Part shown: piece by piece, positions 38,756-47,816 of the stretch
How the letters are laid out: every line of letters begins with the position of its first letter
How positions within the stretch are numbered: the stretch's first letter is position 1
The notes under the pieces: generated by a model
Seen by the model: the letters and a program-made list of their open reading frames with translations, nothing else
Databases searched by the model: none
What the model was told of the DNA's origin: nothing
Made by a program: the position numbers and the translations under genes
Assembly: GCA_963817245.1 (NCBI GenBank)
Contig: CAWFNQ010000001.1
Coordinates: 157,231-221,230 of the forward strand
Source: an uncultured Chloroflexia bacterium
GTDB lineage: Bacteria > Chloroflexota > Limnocylindria > Limnocylindrales > CSP1-4
Direction of reading: 5' to 3'
Length of the DNA stretch: 64,000 nt

Positions 38756-39599
38756 CCTCCGTCATCGACGCCCACCACCACCTGCTGGATCCGAGCCACT
38801 TCGACTACCCGTGGCTCGGGTCCGGACTGGAGGCCCTCGACCGCCGATTCGGCCCCGAGGACCTCGCCCCGGACCTCGCCCACGCCGGCGTGGACGCGAC
38901 GATCCTGGTCCAGACGATCTCGAGCCTGGACGAGACCCGCGCGTTCCTGCGGACCGCCCTTGCGACGCCGTGGATCGCCGGTGTCATCGGCTGGGCCGAC
39001 CTCACCGACCCGGGCCTCGCCTCGGTCGATCGCCGACCTGCGCGCCGGCCCGGGCGGCGATCGCCTCGTGGGCATCCGCCATCAGGTCCACGACGAACGA
39101 GGATCCGGACTGGCTGGGCCGGCCCGACGTGGATCGCGGCCTCGCGGTCGTCGCGGACGCGGACCTGACGTACGACCTGCTCGTACGGACGCGGGAGCTG
39201 CCGGCCGCACTGGCGGCCGTCCGCCGTCACCCGCGACTGCGGTTCGTCCTCGACCACCTCGCCAAGCCACCGATCGCGACGGGCGAGCTCGGCGCATGGG
39301 CCGGGGCGCTCTCGCCGCTCGCCGATGCCCCCAACGTCCGAGCGAAGCTGTCGGGCCTGGTCACCGAGGCCGACTGGCGGACGTGGCGTCCCGCCGACCT
39401 GGCAGACGCCGTCGACGATCGCGCTGCTCCGGTTCGGGCCGGATCGGCTCATGTTCGGATCGGATTGGCCGGTCTGCCGCCTCGCCGCGACCTACGAGCA
39501 GGTCATCGATGCGGCCCGGACGCTGACCGCGCGGACGGTCCGAGGCGGAGCGGAACGCGATCTTCGGCGGGACGGCGAGGGACGCGTACCCGGGTCTAG
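38752..39599 (+). pseudogene. Amidohydrolase-2 (cog3618-type) protein; candidate L-fucono-1,5-lactonase; at least 4 frameshifts; 3' end approximate
   Basis: MTSVIDAHHHLLDPSHFDYPWL...ATILVQTISSLDETRAFL | ...LVGIRHQVHDE | EDPDWLGRPDVDRGLAVVADADLTYDLLVRTRELP...LRFVLDHLAKPPI... | LLRFGPDRLMFGSDWPVCRL... | SEAERNAIFGGTARDAYPG. Its ATG overlaps the AKR stop (ATGA). Frame switches near 39027, 39095, 39415, 39535. Confidence 0.7.
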
Positions 39600-40413
39600 T
39601 CGTGCCGGATCGGGATCTGACAGCTCGGCGGCGAGGGCGTGCAGGTCCTCGATCAGGGCCGGCACACGCTCGGCGGTCGCACGGACCTTGAGCAGCGTGA
39701 TGCTGGCGGCGCACGGGCCCTCGCCGGCGACCCGGCTGGGGACCATCACCCCGTAGCAGACCACGCCTTCCATGGTCTCCTCGTCGTCGACCGCATAGCC
39801 GCGTCGCCGGATCTCGTCGAGATCGGCGCGAAGCTCCTCCACCGTCGCGTGGGCCTTGCGGGTGGCGCGTGGGAGCGCGCTGATGCCCAGCGAGTCGTTG
39901 TCCGAGCTCCTCGTCCGACAGCGAGGCGAGGGCGGCCTTGCCGGTCGCCGTTGAGAACGCGGGCAGACGCCGGCCGATCCCGGACGACAGCTGGACCGGC
40001 TGGCGGCCGTCGTGACGGGCCAGGTAGATGACCTCGAGGCCGTCGAGGACCGCGAACTGGACCGTCTCCTCGGAGCCGGTCGGCAGACCACGTGACGCCT
40101 CGTAGAACTCCTGCACCTGATCGACGGTCGCGAGGTAGGCCCCACCAAGCTCCGCCAGATGACGGCCGAGCGCGAACCCCGTGCCCACCCGCCGGACCAG
40201 ACCGGCCTCGGCCAGGGCACCGCAGATGTTGGCGATCGAGGACTTCGGCAGACCGAGGCGCCGGGCGAGCTCGCTCGGGCCCATGGGCTCGCTCGCCTGC
40301 TCGGCGAGGGCGTCGAGGATCAGCGCGGCGCGCGTCACCGCCGGAGCGAGCGACCCGCCGTCCGGCGACGTCTCGGGTTCGTCGACGGTCGTGATCGCGG
40401 TTCGAAGCGCCAT
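39596..40413 (-). pseudogene. IclR family transcriptional regulator, 1-2 frameshifts (near 39905 and possibly 39610); 3' end approximate
   Basis: AGGAGG lies upstream of the ATG at 40413. HTH: VTRAALILDALAEQASEPMGPSELARRLGLPKSSIANICGALAEAGLVRR. Effector domain ...VIYLARHDGRQPVQLSSGIGRRLPAFSTATGKAALA | ...LRADLDEIRRRGYAVDDEETMEGVVCYGVMV.... Confidence 0.8.
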
Positions 40414-40480
40414 CCGGCGACCTCCTGGCGTTTCCCACCGGCCGGGGTGTCGGCCAGCAGGATGGACTGCGTACAACATA

Positions 40481-40510
40481 TTGACTTTGCCGGCGCGAGG
40501 GCGATACTGT
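40481..40510 (+). promoter_or_regulatory. Sigma-70-type promoter candidate for the ABC transporter / dehydratase operon
   Basis: TTGACT (40481-40486) - 18 nt - TACTGT (40505-40510). The operator-like site follows 20 nt downstream. Confidence 0.5.
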
Positions 40511-40529
40511 TCAACCTACCGCCGGTCGT

Positions 40530-40541
40530 TCAGTATGCTGG
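40530..40541. promoter_or_regulatory. Second copy of the TCAGTAT(A/G)CTG(A/G) motif (candidate IclR operator)
   Basis: TCAGTATGCTGG at 40530-40541 matches the palindrome at 37635-37646 in 10 of 12 positions and shares the same GT 5' flank. Confidence 0.4.
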
Positions 40542-40574
40542 ACGAGCGCGAGGGCGGTCAAGAGGAGGGAGCCC

Positions 40575-42161
40575 GTGTCGCGATTCAGAACGATCGCGCC
40601 TGCCATCGGCCTGACTCTGATCCTGGCAGGTTGCAGCCCGGCGGCATCGCCGTCGCCGAGCGCGCCCGCCGCGTCGAGCGCGCCGACGTCCGCTCCGGCG
40701 TCCGAGCCGCCGGCATCCGCGGCAGCGGAATCGGCGGCACCGTCGGCGGCGTGTGCCACGGACGGCAAGTTCAAGGGGAGCAACGTCAACATCCTGACCT
40801 TCAACGGACCGCAGGTCGCGGAGCCCCTGCAGCGGCGCGCCCCGGACTGGGAGTGCCTGACGGGCGGCCACGTGAACGTGGTGGCGGTCGGATTCCAGAC
40901 GATCTACGACAAGGCGCTCCTCGACGCGTCGACGAAGACGAACGCGTTCGACGCCTATGTCTTCGATCCGCAATGGCTGGGCGACTTCGTCGGCCCCGGC
41001 TACCTGCTCGACCTCACCGACCGCGTCAAGAACGACCCGCAGCTCAATTGGGATGACATCGGGCCGTTCTTCCGCGACTTCAACGCGACGTACAACGGCA
41101 AGGTCTACACGATCCCGCTCGACGGCGACTTCCACATGGTCTATTACCGGAAGGACATCCTCGACAAGGACGGCGTGGCACCGCCGAAGACCTGGGACGA
41201 CTACGTCACGATCGCGAAGAAATACCAGGGCCAGGACCTCAACGGCGACGGCGAGCCGGACTATGGGTCGTGCATCGCCAAGAAGAAGGGCGCCCAGAGC
41301 TACTGGTGGATCATCTCGGTCGCGGCCGGCCTGCTCCAAGGCAAGGGCACGGGTGATGGCGCGTTCTTCGACACGACCAACATGAACCCGCTGTTCGGGC
41401 CGAACGAGGCCATGACCAAGGCCCTCCAGCTGTACAAGCAGACGACCCAGTTCGGCCCGCCCGACGAGCTGAACATGGACGTCGGTGGGACGCGTGGCCT
41501 GTTCACGACCGGCCGCTGCGCCATGACCATGGACTGGGGCGACATCGGCACCCTGACCCCGGGCACCTACGCCCAGGACAAGACCGGCGCGACGATCACC
41601 CCTGGCTGGACCCAGGTCCTCGACCGCAAGTCCGGCAAGCTCGTGGCGTGCGATGCGACCACGTGCCCCGACGCCGTCGACGGCGTCAACTACGCGCCGT
41701 TCGCCTCGTTCGGCGGCTGGTCCGGCGCGATCAACGCGGCCGCGCCGAAGGCGAACCAGGATGCGGTGTACGACTTCTTGTCGTACATGAGCTCACCGGC
41801 GATCTCGGGCGTCGACGTGACGCTCGGCAAGACGGGTTACAACCCGTATCGGACGTCGCAGTTCAGCAACCTCCAGCCGTGGATCGACGCGGGCCTCTCC
41901 GAGGCCGCGGCCAAGAACTATCTTGATGCCATCCAGTCCAGCCTCCAGAACAAGAACATGGTGCTCGACATGCGGATCCCGCAGACGAAGCGCTACCAGC
42001 AGGACGTCCTCGACACCGCGCTCGCCCAGTACCTCGCCGGCGAGCTGGATGAGGCCGGCACCGAGCAAGCCATCGCCGACGGTTGGAACCAGATCACCGA
42101 TGAGGTCGGCAAGGACAAGCAGCTCGCCGCATACGTCGCCAGCCTTGGCGTCCAGCGGTAG
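40575..42161 (+). CDS. ABC transporter substrate-binding lipoprotein (sugar-type, family 1)
   Basis: GTG follows GAGGAGGGAG. Lipoprotein signal MSRFRTIAPAIGLTLILAGC, then a Ser/Ala/Pro linker. The body ...NILTFNGPQVAEPLQ...YDKALLDASTKTNAFDAYVFDPQWLGDFV... is typical of sugar-binding proteins. Confidence 0.85.
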   Translation: MSRFRTIAPAIGLTLILAGCSPAASPSPSAPAASSAPTSAPASEPPASAAAESAAPSAACATDGKFKGSNVNILTFNGPQVAEPLQRRAPDWECLTGGHVNVVAVGFQTIYDKALLDASTKTNAFDAYVFDPQWLGDFVGPGYLLDLTDRVKNDPQLNWDDIGPFFRDFNATYNGKVYTIPLDGDFHMVYYRKDILDKDGVAPPKTWDDYVTIAKKYQGQDLNGDGEPDYGSCIAKKKGAQSYWWIISVAAGLLQGKGTGDGAFFDTTNMNPLFGPNEAMTKALQLYKQTTQFGPPDELNMDVGGTRGLFTTGRCAMTMDWGDIGTLTPGTYAQDKTGATITPGWTQVLDRKSGKLVACDATTCPDAVDGVNYAPFASFGGWSGAINAAAPKANQDAVYDFLSYMSSPAISGVDVTLGKTGYNPYRTSQFSNLQPWIDAGLSEAAAKNYLDAIQSSLQNKNMVLDMRIPQTKRYQQDVLDTALAQYLAGELDEAGTEQAIADGWNQITDEVGKDKQLAAYVASLGVQR

Positions 42162-42177
42162 TCGCACCGCCTTCGAC

Positions 42178-42208
42178 GAGGACCCGGCTCTCGCGGAGCC
42201 GGGTCCTC
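42178..42208 (+). terminator. Perfect 13-bp intercistronic hairpin after the binding-protein gene (attenuating terminator or mRNA stabiliser)
   Basis: GAGGACCCGGCTC - TCGCG - GAGCCGGGTCCTC, starting 17 nt after the TAG at 42161. Confidence 0.5.
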
Positions 42209-42251
42209 GCGCATCCGGGAGGCGGGACAGCGCGATCGCCGCGTTCGGCGC

Positions 42252-43340
42252 GTGGCGATCAGAGGGGGCGCGCCCGCTGGTTGTTCATCTGGCCGACGGT
42301 CATCTTCGTCCTGTGCCTTTCGCTGTTCCCACTGATCGCCTCGGTCGTCATCTCGTTCTCGAGACTCTCGTTCGACCAAGGCGGCGTCGAGCTCAAGTTC
42401 GTCGGCTTCTCGAACTACCAACAGGAGCTCTTCGGCCTCGAGCGGTCGCACTTCCTGGGCGTGCTCAAGACCCCGAACCCGGTCGGCTGGGTGATCCTGG
42501 GTCTGACGATCGTGGGGGTGACGATCGCCTGGACCCGTCTGGCCCGGAGCCGCCGGGTCGGGCCGTTCGGCCTAGCGCTGCGGCTGATGGCCGGCCTGCT
42601 CCTCATCGGGGCGGTCTGGATCCTCGTCCAGGCCCTGACGAGCGACGGCGGACGGCCCGGCGCCGTCATCGTCACCTTCATCTTCGTGTTCGTGGGGATC
42701 GCGCTCCAGTACGGACTCGGCCTCGGACTGGCGCATCCTCGCGTCGCAGCGCGTCCCCGGACGGCGCTTCTTCCGGGTGGTCTTCCTCATCCCCCTGACG
42801 ATCACGCCGGTCGGCATCGGCTACATGTTCCTGATGCTGACGGACACGTCGAAGGGCCCGCTCGAACCGGTCTGGGTCGCGCTCGGGCTGCGCGACTTCA
42901 CCTGGGTGACGGACCCGTGGCTGGCCCGGGCCGCGGTCATCATCGGCGACACCTGGGCGTGGACGCCGTTCGTGTTCATCGTCCTCCTGGCGGCGATCGA
43001 GGGCCTCGACCACGAGATCCACGAGGCGGCGCTGACGGACGGGGCCAGCCACTGGCAGAGCTTCCGCCACATCATCTTCCCGGCGATCCTGCCGGTCAGC
43101 ACGACGATCGTCCTCATCCGCCTCATCGAGGGCTTCAAGATCATCGACATGCCGAACATCCTGCTCGGCGGTGGGCCCGGAACGGCCACCCAGTCGCTGA
43201 CCCTCCAGGCGTGGCTCGACTGGAACACCCTCAACCTCGGGCGTTCGGCGGCCGTCGCCTACATGCTGTTGTTGATCGTCACGGTCATCGCGACCGTGTA
43301 CATCAGCTTCGTCCGGCGCCGCGCCACGGAGTACGTATGA
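42252..43340 (+). pseudogene. ABC sugar transporter permease 1 (MalF/UgpA-like), frameshift near 42733 and probably one in the GGGGG run 42264-42268; start uncertain
   Basis: LFIWPTVIFVLCLSLFPLIASVVISF...FIFVFVGIALQYGLGLGLA | ILASQRVPGRRFFRVVFLIPLTITPVGIGYMF...EAALTDGASHWQSFRHIIFPAILPVSTTIVLIRLIEGFKIIDMPNIL (EAA loop). Confidence 0.75.
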
Positions 43341-44365
43341 CCAACCCGTTCCGCCGCCGCGATGCCACCGACCTGTCGCCGCCGGCCAAGTTGGGCGTAT
43401 TCATCCTCCTCGTCGGCTGGTCGCTGGTCGTGCTGTTCCCCATCTACTGGCTGTTCGTGACGTCGTTCAAGACGCCCTACCAGGTGGACAAGGGGCCCTT
43501 CTACATCCCGTTCGTCGACTTCGCACCCACCCTCGACGCCTGGAAGTACATCCTGGTCGACCTGGGCAACGACACGATCCGGCCGTACGTGAACACGGTC
43601 ATCGTGGGCCTGTCCAGCACGACCATCGCGCTGTTCATGGGCTCCCTCACGGCGTATGCGCTCGTCCGCTTCACGTACCGGCCGAAGGTCGCGCTCATCG
43701 GCGCTGTTCATCCTGAGCCTGCATCCTCGTCCTCGTCGTGGTGGCCCTTGGGGGCGCCACTGGCGCTCGGCGTCGCGGCCGCGGTCGGCGTCTACGTCAT
43801 CGCCGCGCAGACGGTCGCTCGCCGGTCGGGTTGGACGCTCGCGAACAGCGACATCGCCTTCTGGCTGATCTCCCAGCGCATCCTGCCGCCGATCGCGGTC
43901 GCGATCCCGATGTACGTGCTGTTCCAGCAGGTCGGGCTGCTCGACAGCGTGGTCGCGCTCGTCATCGTCTACGTCGCCGCGAACCTGCCCATCGTCGTCT
44001 GGCTCATGCGCGAGTACTTCGCGTCGTTGCCGCGCGAGCTCGAGGAGGCCGCGTCCGTCGACGGTGCGTCCGTCTTCCGCATCGTCCGGTCGATCGTCCT
44101 GCCGATCTCCGTGCCGGGGCTCGTGGCGACCTTCCTCATCGTGTTGATCTTCGCCTGGAACGAGTTCCTCATCGCGCTCGTGCTGACCAGCGCGAATGCC
44201 CAGACGATGCCGCTCCAGGTCGCCGCGCAGAACGCGACCCGCGGGCCGCAATGGTGGGCCATGTCGGTGCTGATCCTGATCATGATCGCGCCTGTGATCG
44301 TCATGGCCATCGCCCTCGAGCGCTACATCACCAAGGGCCTCCTCGTGGGCGCGTTGAAGGGGTGA
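43337..44365 (+). CDS. ABC sugar transporter permease 2 (MalG/UgpE-like)
   Basis: Its ATG overlaps the upstream stop (ATGA). ...[16 protein letters not shown]...[48 protein letters not shown]. The segment 43700-43760 may hide two compensating indels (an alternative, more hydrophobic reading exists). Confidence 0.8.
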   Translation: MTNPFRRRDATDLSPPAKLGVFILLVGWSLVVLFPIYWLFVTSFKTPYQVDKGPFYIPFVDFAPTLDAWKYILVDLGNDTIRPYVNTVIVGLSSTTIALFMGSLTAYALVRFTYRPKVALIGAVHPEPASSSSSWWPLGAPLALGVAAAVGVYVIAAQTVARRSGWTLANSDIAFWLISQRILPPIAVAIPMYVLFQQVGLLDSVVALVIVYVAANLPIVVWLMREYFASLPRELEEAASVDGASVFRIVRSIVLPISVPGLVATFLIVLIFAWNEFLIALVLTSANAQTMPLQVAAQNATRGPQWWAMSVLILIMIAPVIVMAIALERYITKGLLVGALKG

Positions 44366-44369
44366 CCCC

Positions 44370-45665
44370 ATGACCCGGATCACCTCCATCGAGGTCGTCG
44401 ACATCCGGTTTCCCACCTCGCTCGAGCTCGACGGCTCGGACGCGATGAACACCGACCCGGACTACTCGGCTGCGTACGTGATCCTGCGGACCGACGCCGG
44501 AGACGGTCTCGAGGGCCACGGGTTCACGTTCACGACCGGGCGGGGGACCGAGGTCGTCGTGGCCGCCATCCACGCGCTCGAGCGACTGGTCATGGGCCGC
44601 GACGTCGAGGCGACCGAGGCCGACCTGGGCGCCTTCTGGCGTGACCTCGTCGGCGACAGCCAGCTGCGCTGGATCGGCCCGGAGAAGGGCGTCATCCACC
44701 TGGCCACGGCCGCGGTCGTGAACGCGGTCTGGGATCTCGCCGCGAAGCGGGCCGGCAAACCGGTCTGGCGCTTCCTCGCGGACATGACCCCGAGCGAGAT
44801 CGTCTCCCTGGTCGACTTCCGATACCTGACCGATGCCCTGACCCCGGACGACGCGCTGGCGATCCTCGAGCGAGCGGCGCCGGGTCGTGCCGCCCGCACC
44901 GAGGCCGTCCTCCGCGACGGGTACCCGGCCTACACCACATCCGTGGGCTGGCTGGGGTACGACGATGCCAAGGTCCGCCGCCTGTGCCGCGAGGCCCTGG
45001 CCGACGGCTGGACGCGGTTCAAGATGAAGGTCGGGGCCGACCTCGACGACGACGTCCGGCGGATCCGCATCATCCGCGAGGAGATCGGACCCGAGCGCAT
45101 GCTCGCGGTGGACGCCAATCAGCGCTGGGACGTGGGTGTCGCCATCGACTGGATGCGGGCCCTCGCCCCGTACGATCCGTACTGGATCGAGGAGCCGACC
45201 AGCCCGGACGACATCCTCGGGCATGCGGCGATCGCCCGCGCCGTCGCGCCGATCCGCGTCGCCACCGGCGAGCACGTCCACAACCGCGTGATGTTCAAAC
45301 AGCTCCTCCAGGCGGAGGCCATCTCCATCTGCCAGATCGATGCCTGCCGGTTGGGCGGGGTCAACGAGGTGGTGGCCGTCCTGCTGCTGGCGGCGAAGTT
45401 CGGCGTGACCGTCTGCCCGCATGCCGGCGGGGTCGGGCTGTGTGAACTGGTCCAGCATCTCTCGCCGTTCGACTTCATCGCGGTCAGCGGCGAGCTCGAC
45501 GGACGGATGATCGAATACGTGGACCACCTCCACGAGCACTTCCTCGACCCCGTGGTGGTCCGCGACGGCGCCTACCGGCTTCCGACGACGCCCGGCTACA
45601 GCGCCGAGATGCGGCGCGCGTCGATCGACGCCTACCGCTTCCCGGACGGGTCGGCGTGGCGGTGA
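44370..45665 (+). CDS. fucD: L-fuconate dehydratase (enolase superfamily, mandelate racemase subgroup)
   Basis: [62 protein letters not shown]...[25 protein letters not shown]...[11 protein letters not shown]...[19 protein letters not shown]...VATGEH. The N-terminal region is very FucD-like. Confidence 0.8.
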   Translation: MTRITSIEVVDIRFPTSLELDGSDAMNTDPDYSAAYVILRTDAGDGLEGHGFTFTTGRGTEVVVAAIHALERLVMGRDVEATEADLGAFWRDLVGDSQLRWIGPEKGVIHLATAAVVNAVWDLAAKRAGKPVWRFLADMTPSEIVSLVDFRYLTDALTPDDALAILERAAPGRAARTEAVLRDGYPAYTTSVGWLGYDDAKVRRLCREALADGWTRFKMKVGADLDDDVRRIRIIREEIGPERMLAVDANQRWDVGVAIDWMRALAPYDPYWIEEPTSPDDILGHAAIARAVAPIRVATGEHVHNRVMFKQLLQAEAISICQIDACRLGGVNEVVAVLLLAAKFGVTVCPHAGGVGLCELVQHLSPFDFIAVSGELDGRMIEYVDHLHEHFLDPVVVRDGAYRLPTTPGYSAEMRRASIDAYRFPDGSAWR

Positions 45666-45985
45666 AGCGCGTCGGGCAGGTGATCCGCGTCCGGCCGGAC
45701 GCGATCGAGGCCTACGAGCGGCTCCACGCCGAGACGTGGCCCGGCGTCCTCGAGGCGATCCATCGCGCGAACATCCGCGACTACAGCATCTACCGGCACG
45801 GGGAGCAGTTGTTCGCCTCGTTCCGCTACGTCGGTGACGACTTCGAGCGCGACATGGCCGCGATGGCGGCCGACCCGACGGTCCGGGCCTGGTGGCAGCT
45901 CACCGACGCGATGCAGGAACCGTACCCGGAGCGGGCGCCCGGGACGTGGTGGCTCGACCTCCGCGAGGTCTTCCACACGGACTGA
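45662..45985 (+). CDS. L-rhamnose/L-fucose mutarotase family protein
   Basis: [77 protein letters not shown]. Its GTG overlaps the fucD stop (GTGA). An alternative GTG lies at 45656. Confidence 0.8.
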   Translation: MKRVGQVIRVRPDAIEAYERLHAETWPGVLEAIHRANIRDYSIYRHGEQLFASFRYVGDDFERDMAAMAADPTVRAWWQLTDAMQEPYPERAPGTWWLDLREVFHTD

Positions 45986-45990
45986 CGGGG

Positions 45991-46263
45991 TCAGCCGCCC
46001 GCCATGGCCGGCAGCAGCACCAGCGTGTCGGTCTCGCCGACCGGCGTGTCGAGCGCCTGCAGGTGGCGGATGTCGGTGTCGTTGAGGAACGCGTTCACGA
46101 AGCGGTTGAGATCGCCATCGGGGGCGAGGAGCTGCGCCTCGAGCCCGGGGTAGTCGGCGACCAGCTGCGCGACGACCTCGCGGACCGTGCCGCCGGGGAC
46201 CTCGACCTGCTTGGCGCCACCGGTCGCGGTCCGAAGCGTCGGCGGGATGCGGACCGCGCTCAT
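45991..46263 (-). CDS. MoaD/ThiS-family sulfur carrier protein with C-terminal Gly-Gly (CysO-like)
   Basis: MSAVRIPPTLRTATGGAKQVEVPGGTVREVVAQLVADYPGLEAQLL...LNRFVNAFLNDTDIRHL...DTLVLLPAMAGG-stop. The pattern closely resembles mycobacterial CysO as I remember it. Its ATG overlaps the ThrC-like stop (ATGA, 46260-46263). Confidence 0.8.
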   Translation of the reverse strand: MSAVRIPPTLRTATGGAKQVEVPGGTVREVVAQLVADYPGLEAQLLAPDGDLNRFVNAFLNDTDIRHLQALDTPVGETDTLVLLPAMAGG

Positions 46264-47606
46264 GCGACGCCCGTCTCGAGCCAGCGCTCGAACGCGGCGA
46301 GGCTGGGCCGCAGCGGTGGCGCCAGCCCGGGCTCGCCCGGCCGGGCGACGCCGTCGCCGTGGCCGAGGGTCCGCGCATCGGGCGTCTTGAGGCCGTTCCC
46401 GGTCAGGAGTGCGACGACCTCGTCGCCGTCGCGGATGACACCGCGTCGGCGGGCGGCGGCGGCAGCGGCCAGCGTGACCCCACCCGCCGTCTCCGGATAG
46501 ATGCCCTCGAGCCGGGCGACCTCGCGGATGGCCGCGGCCGTCGTCGGGTCGTCGATGGCCTCGACCGAGCCGCCGCTGTCGCGGGCGAGCTCGACCGCGT
46601 AGCGTCCGTCGGCCGGGTTGCCGATGGCCAGCGAGCGGACGATCGTGTCGGGCTCGCGCACCGGTTCGATGACGTCGCTGCCGCGCTCGAACGCGGTGGC
46701 GACCGGGGCGCAGCCGGCGGCCTGGCCGCCGACGAACCGGATCGGGTGCGACGCGATGAGACCGAGCTCGACGAGCTCCTCGAACCCACGGGCGATGCGC
46801 GTGAACATCGCGCCCGAGGCGACCGGAGCGACGATCACGTCCGGCGCACGCCAGCCGAGCGACTCGGCGATCTCGTAGGCCAGCGTCTTGGACCCCTCCG
46901 CGTAGAACGGGCGGAGGTTGATGTTCACGAACCCCCAGCCCGTCTCGTCGGCGACCTCGAGGCAGAGGCGGTTCACGTCGTCGTAGGTGCCCTCGATGGG
47001 CACGACCGTCGCGCCGTAGGCGAGGGCGTGGTCGACCTTGGCCGGCTCGAGGTCGGCCGGGATGAAGACGTAGGCCGGCAGGCCCGCGGCGGCCGCGGCC
47101 GCGGCCGTCGCGCCCGCGAGGTTCCCGGTCGACGCGCAGGCGAGCGCCGAAACGCCGAACTCGACCGCGCGCGCCGCGGCGACGGCGACGGCCCGGTCCT
47201 TGAAGCTCAGCGAGGGGTTGCGGGTGTCGTCCTTGATCCAGAGGCGGTCGAGGCCGAGGGCCGGCGCCAGCCGGTCGGCGGCGACCAGCGGGGTGGACCC
47301 GACCGGCAGCGCGCGGGCGGGGACGGCGTCGACGGGCAGCAGCTCGAGGTACCGCCAGATCCCGGGCCCGCGTCCCGCGATCGCGGACCGGGTCAGGGTC
47401 CGGGCCACGACGGCGAGGTCGTAGGCCACCTCGAGCGGGCCGAAGCACGCTGGACAGACGTACGAGAGCCCGATCGCCGCGCCCAGGCCGCAGTTGCGGC
47501 AGCGCATCCCGAGGATGCGTGCCCCCGCGCTCGCATCGGACGGCGCGGCCGCCTGCGGCGCGTTCGTCGTGCTGGTGGGCTGGCTCGACAGGGTCTCGGT
47601 CGTCAT
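46260..47606 (-). CDS. Threonine synthase family PLP enzyme with N-terminal Zn-ribbon; riboswitch context suggests a homocysteine-forming (MetM-like) role rather than threonine synthesis
   Basis: CRNCG...CPACFGPLEV (CxxC...CxxC). PLP-lysine context NPSLSFKDRAVAVAA. ...ACASTGNLAGATAAAAA..GLPAYVFIP.... GGAG lies upstream of the ATG at 47606. A SAM-I aptamer lies 87 nt upstream. Confidence 0.8.
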   Translation of the reverse strand: MTTETLSSQPTSTTNAPQAAAPSDASAGARILGMRCRNCGLGAAIGLSYVCPACFGPLEVAYDLAVVARTLTRSAIAGRGPGIWRYLELLPVDAVPARALPVGSTPLVAADRLAPALGLDRLWIKDDTRNPSLSFKDRAVAVAAARAVEFGVSALACASTGNLAGATAAAAAAAGLPAYVFIPADLEPAKVDHALAYGATVVPIEGTYDDVNRLCLEVADETGWGFVNINLRPFYAEGSKTLAYEIAESLGWRAPDVIVAPVASGAMFTRIARGFEELVELGLIASHPIRFVGGQAAGCAPVATAFERGSDVIEPVREPDTIVRSLAIGNPADGRYAVELARDSGGSVEAIDDPTTAAAIREVARLEGIYPETAGGVTLAAAAAARRRGVIRDGDEVVALLTGNGLKTPDARTLGHGDGVARPGEPGLAPPLRPSLAAFERWLETGVA

Positions 47607-47692
47607 CGCTCGCTCCGGGTAGGCACAGGGCCTGGGGACCGGGATGACGGGAAGCGACCGCTGGGTCGAGTCAGGGAGGCTCCGAAGGGAGG

Positions 47693-47798
47693 CCCATATC
47701 TCGCAGGAGGTCCTGCCCGGAATTGGCACCTTGCCGACTCGGTCGGTAGGTTGTCGTGGCGTCAACGGGCCGGTCCCTCAGCCAACTCTTGATAAGAG
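47693..47798 (-). promoter_or_regulatory. SAM-I (S-box) riboswitch aptamer
   Basis: The minus strand reads CUCUUAUCAAGAGUUGGCUGAGGGACCGGCCCGUUGACGCCACGACAACC...GGCAAGGUGCCAAUUCCGGGCAGGACCUCCUGCGAGAUAUGGG. The conserved S-box blocks (CUUAUCAAGAG, GAGGGA, GGCCC, CAACC, GGUGCCAAUUCC), a P4 hairpin GCAGG/CCUGC and a P1 closure CUCUUAUC/GAUAUGGG are all present in the right order. Confidence 0.85.
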
Positions 47799-47816
47799 CT
47801 CTTCGGTTGTGCGCGG

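Noticed and set aside
45983-45993. Short palindrome CTGAC-GGG-GTCAG spanning the 5-nt gap between the convergent mutarotase and sulfur-carrier stops, considered as a terminator
   Set aside because: The stem is only 5 bp with a 3-nt loop and consists of the two stop codons and their flanks. It is too weak to call as a feature.
47672-47690. Direct repeat GCCUCCC ... GCCUCCC just downstream of the SAM-I aptamer, considered as a riboswitch terminator
   Set aside because: It is a direct repeat, not an inverted one. Only a weak 6-bp bulged hairpin can be drawn and no U tract follows. It may be an anti-Shine-Dalgarno element for the GGAG at about 47615, but I cannot demonstrate the alternative pairing by eye.
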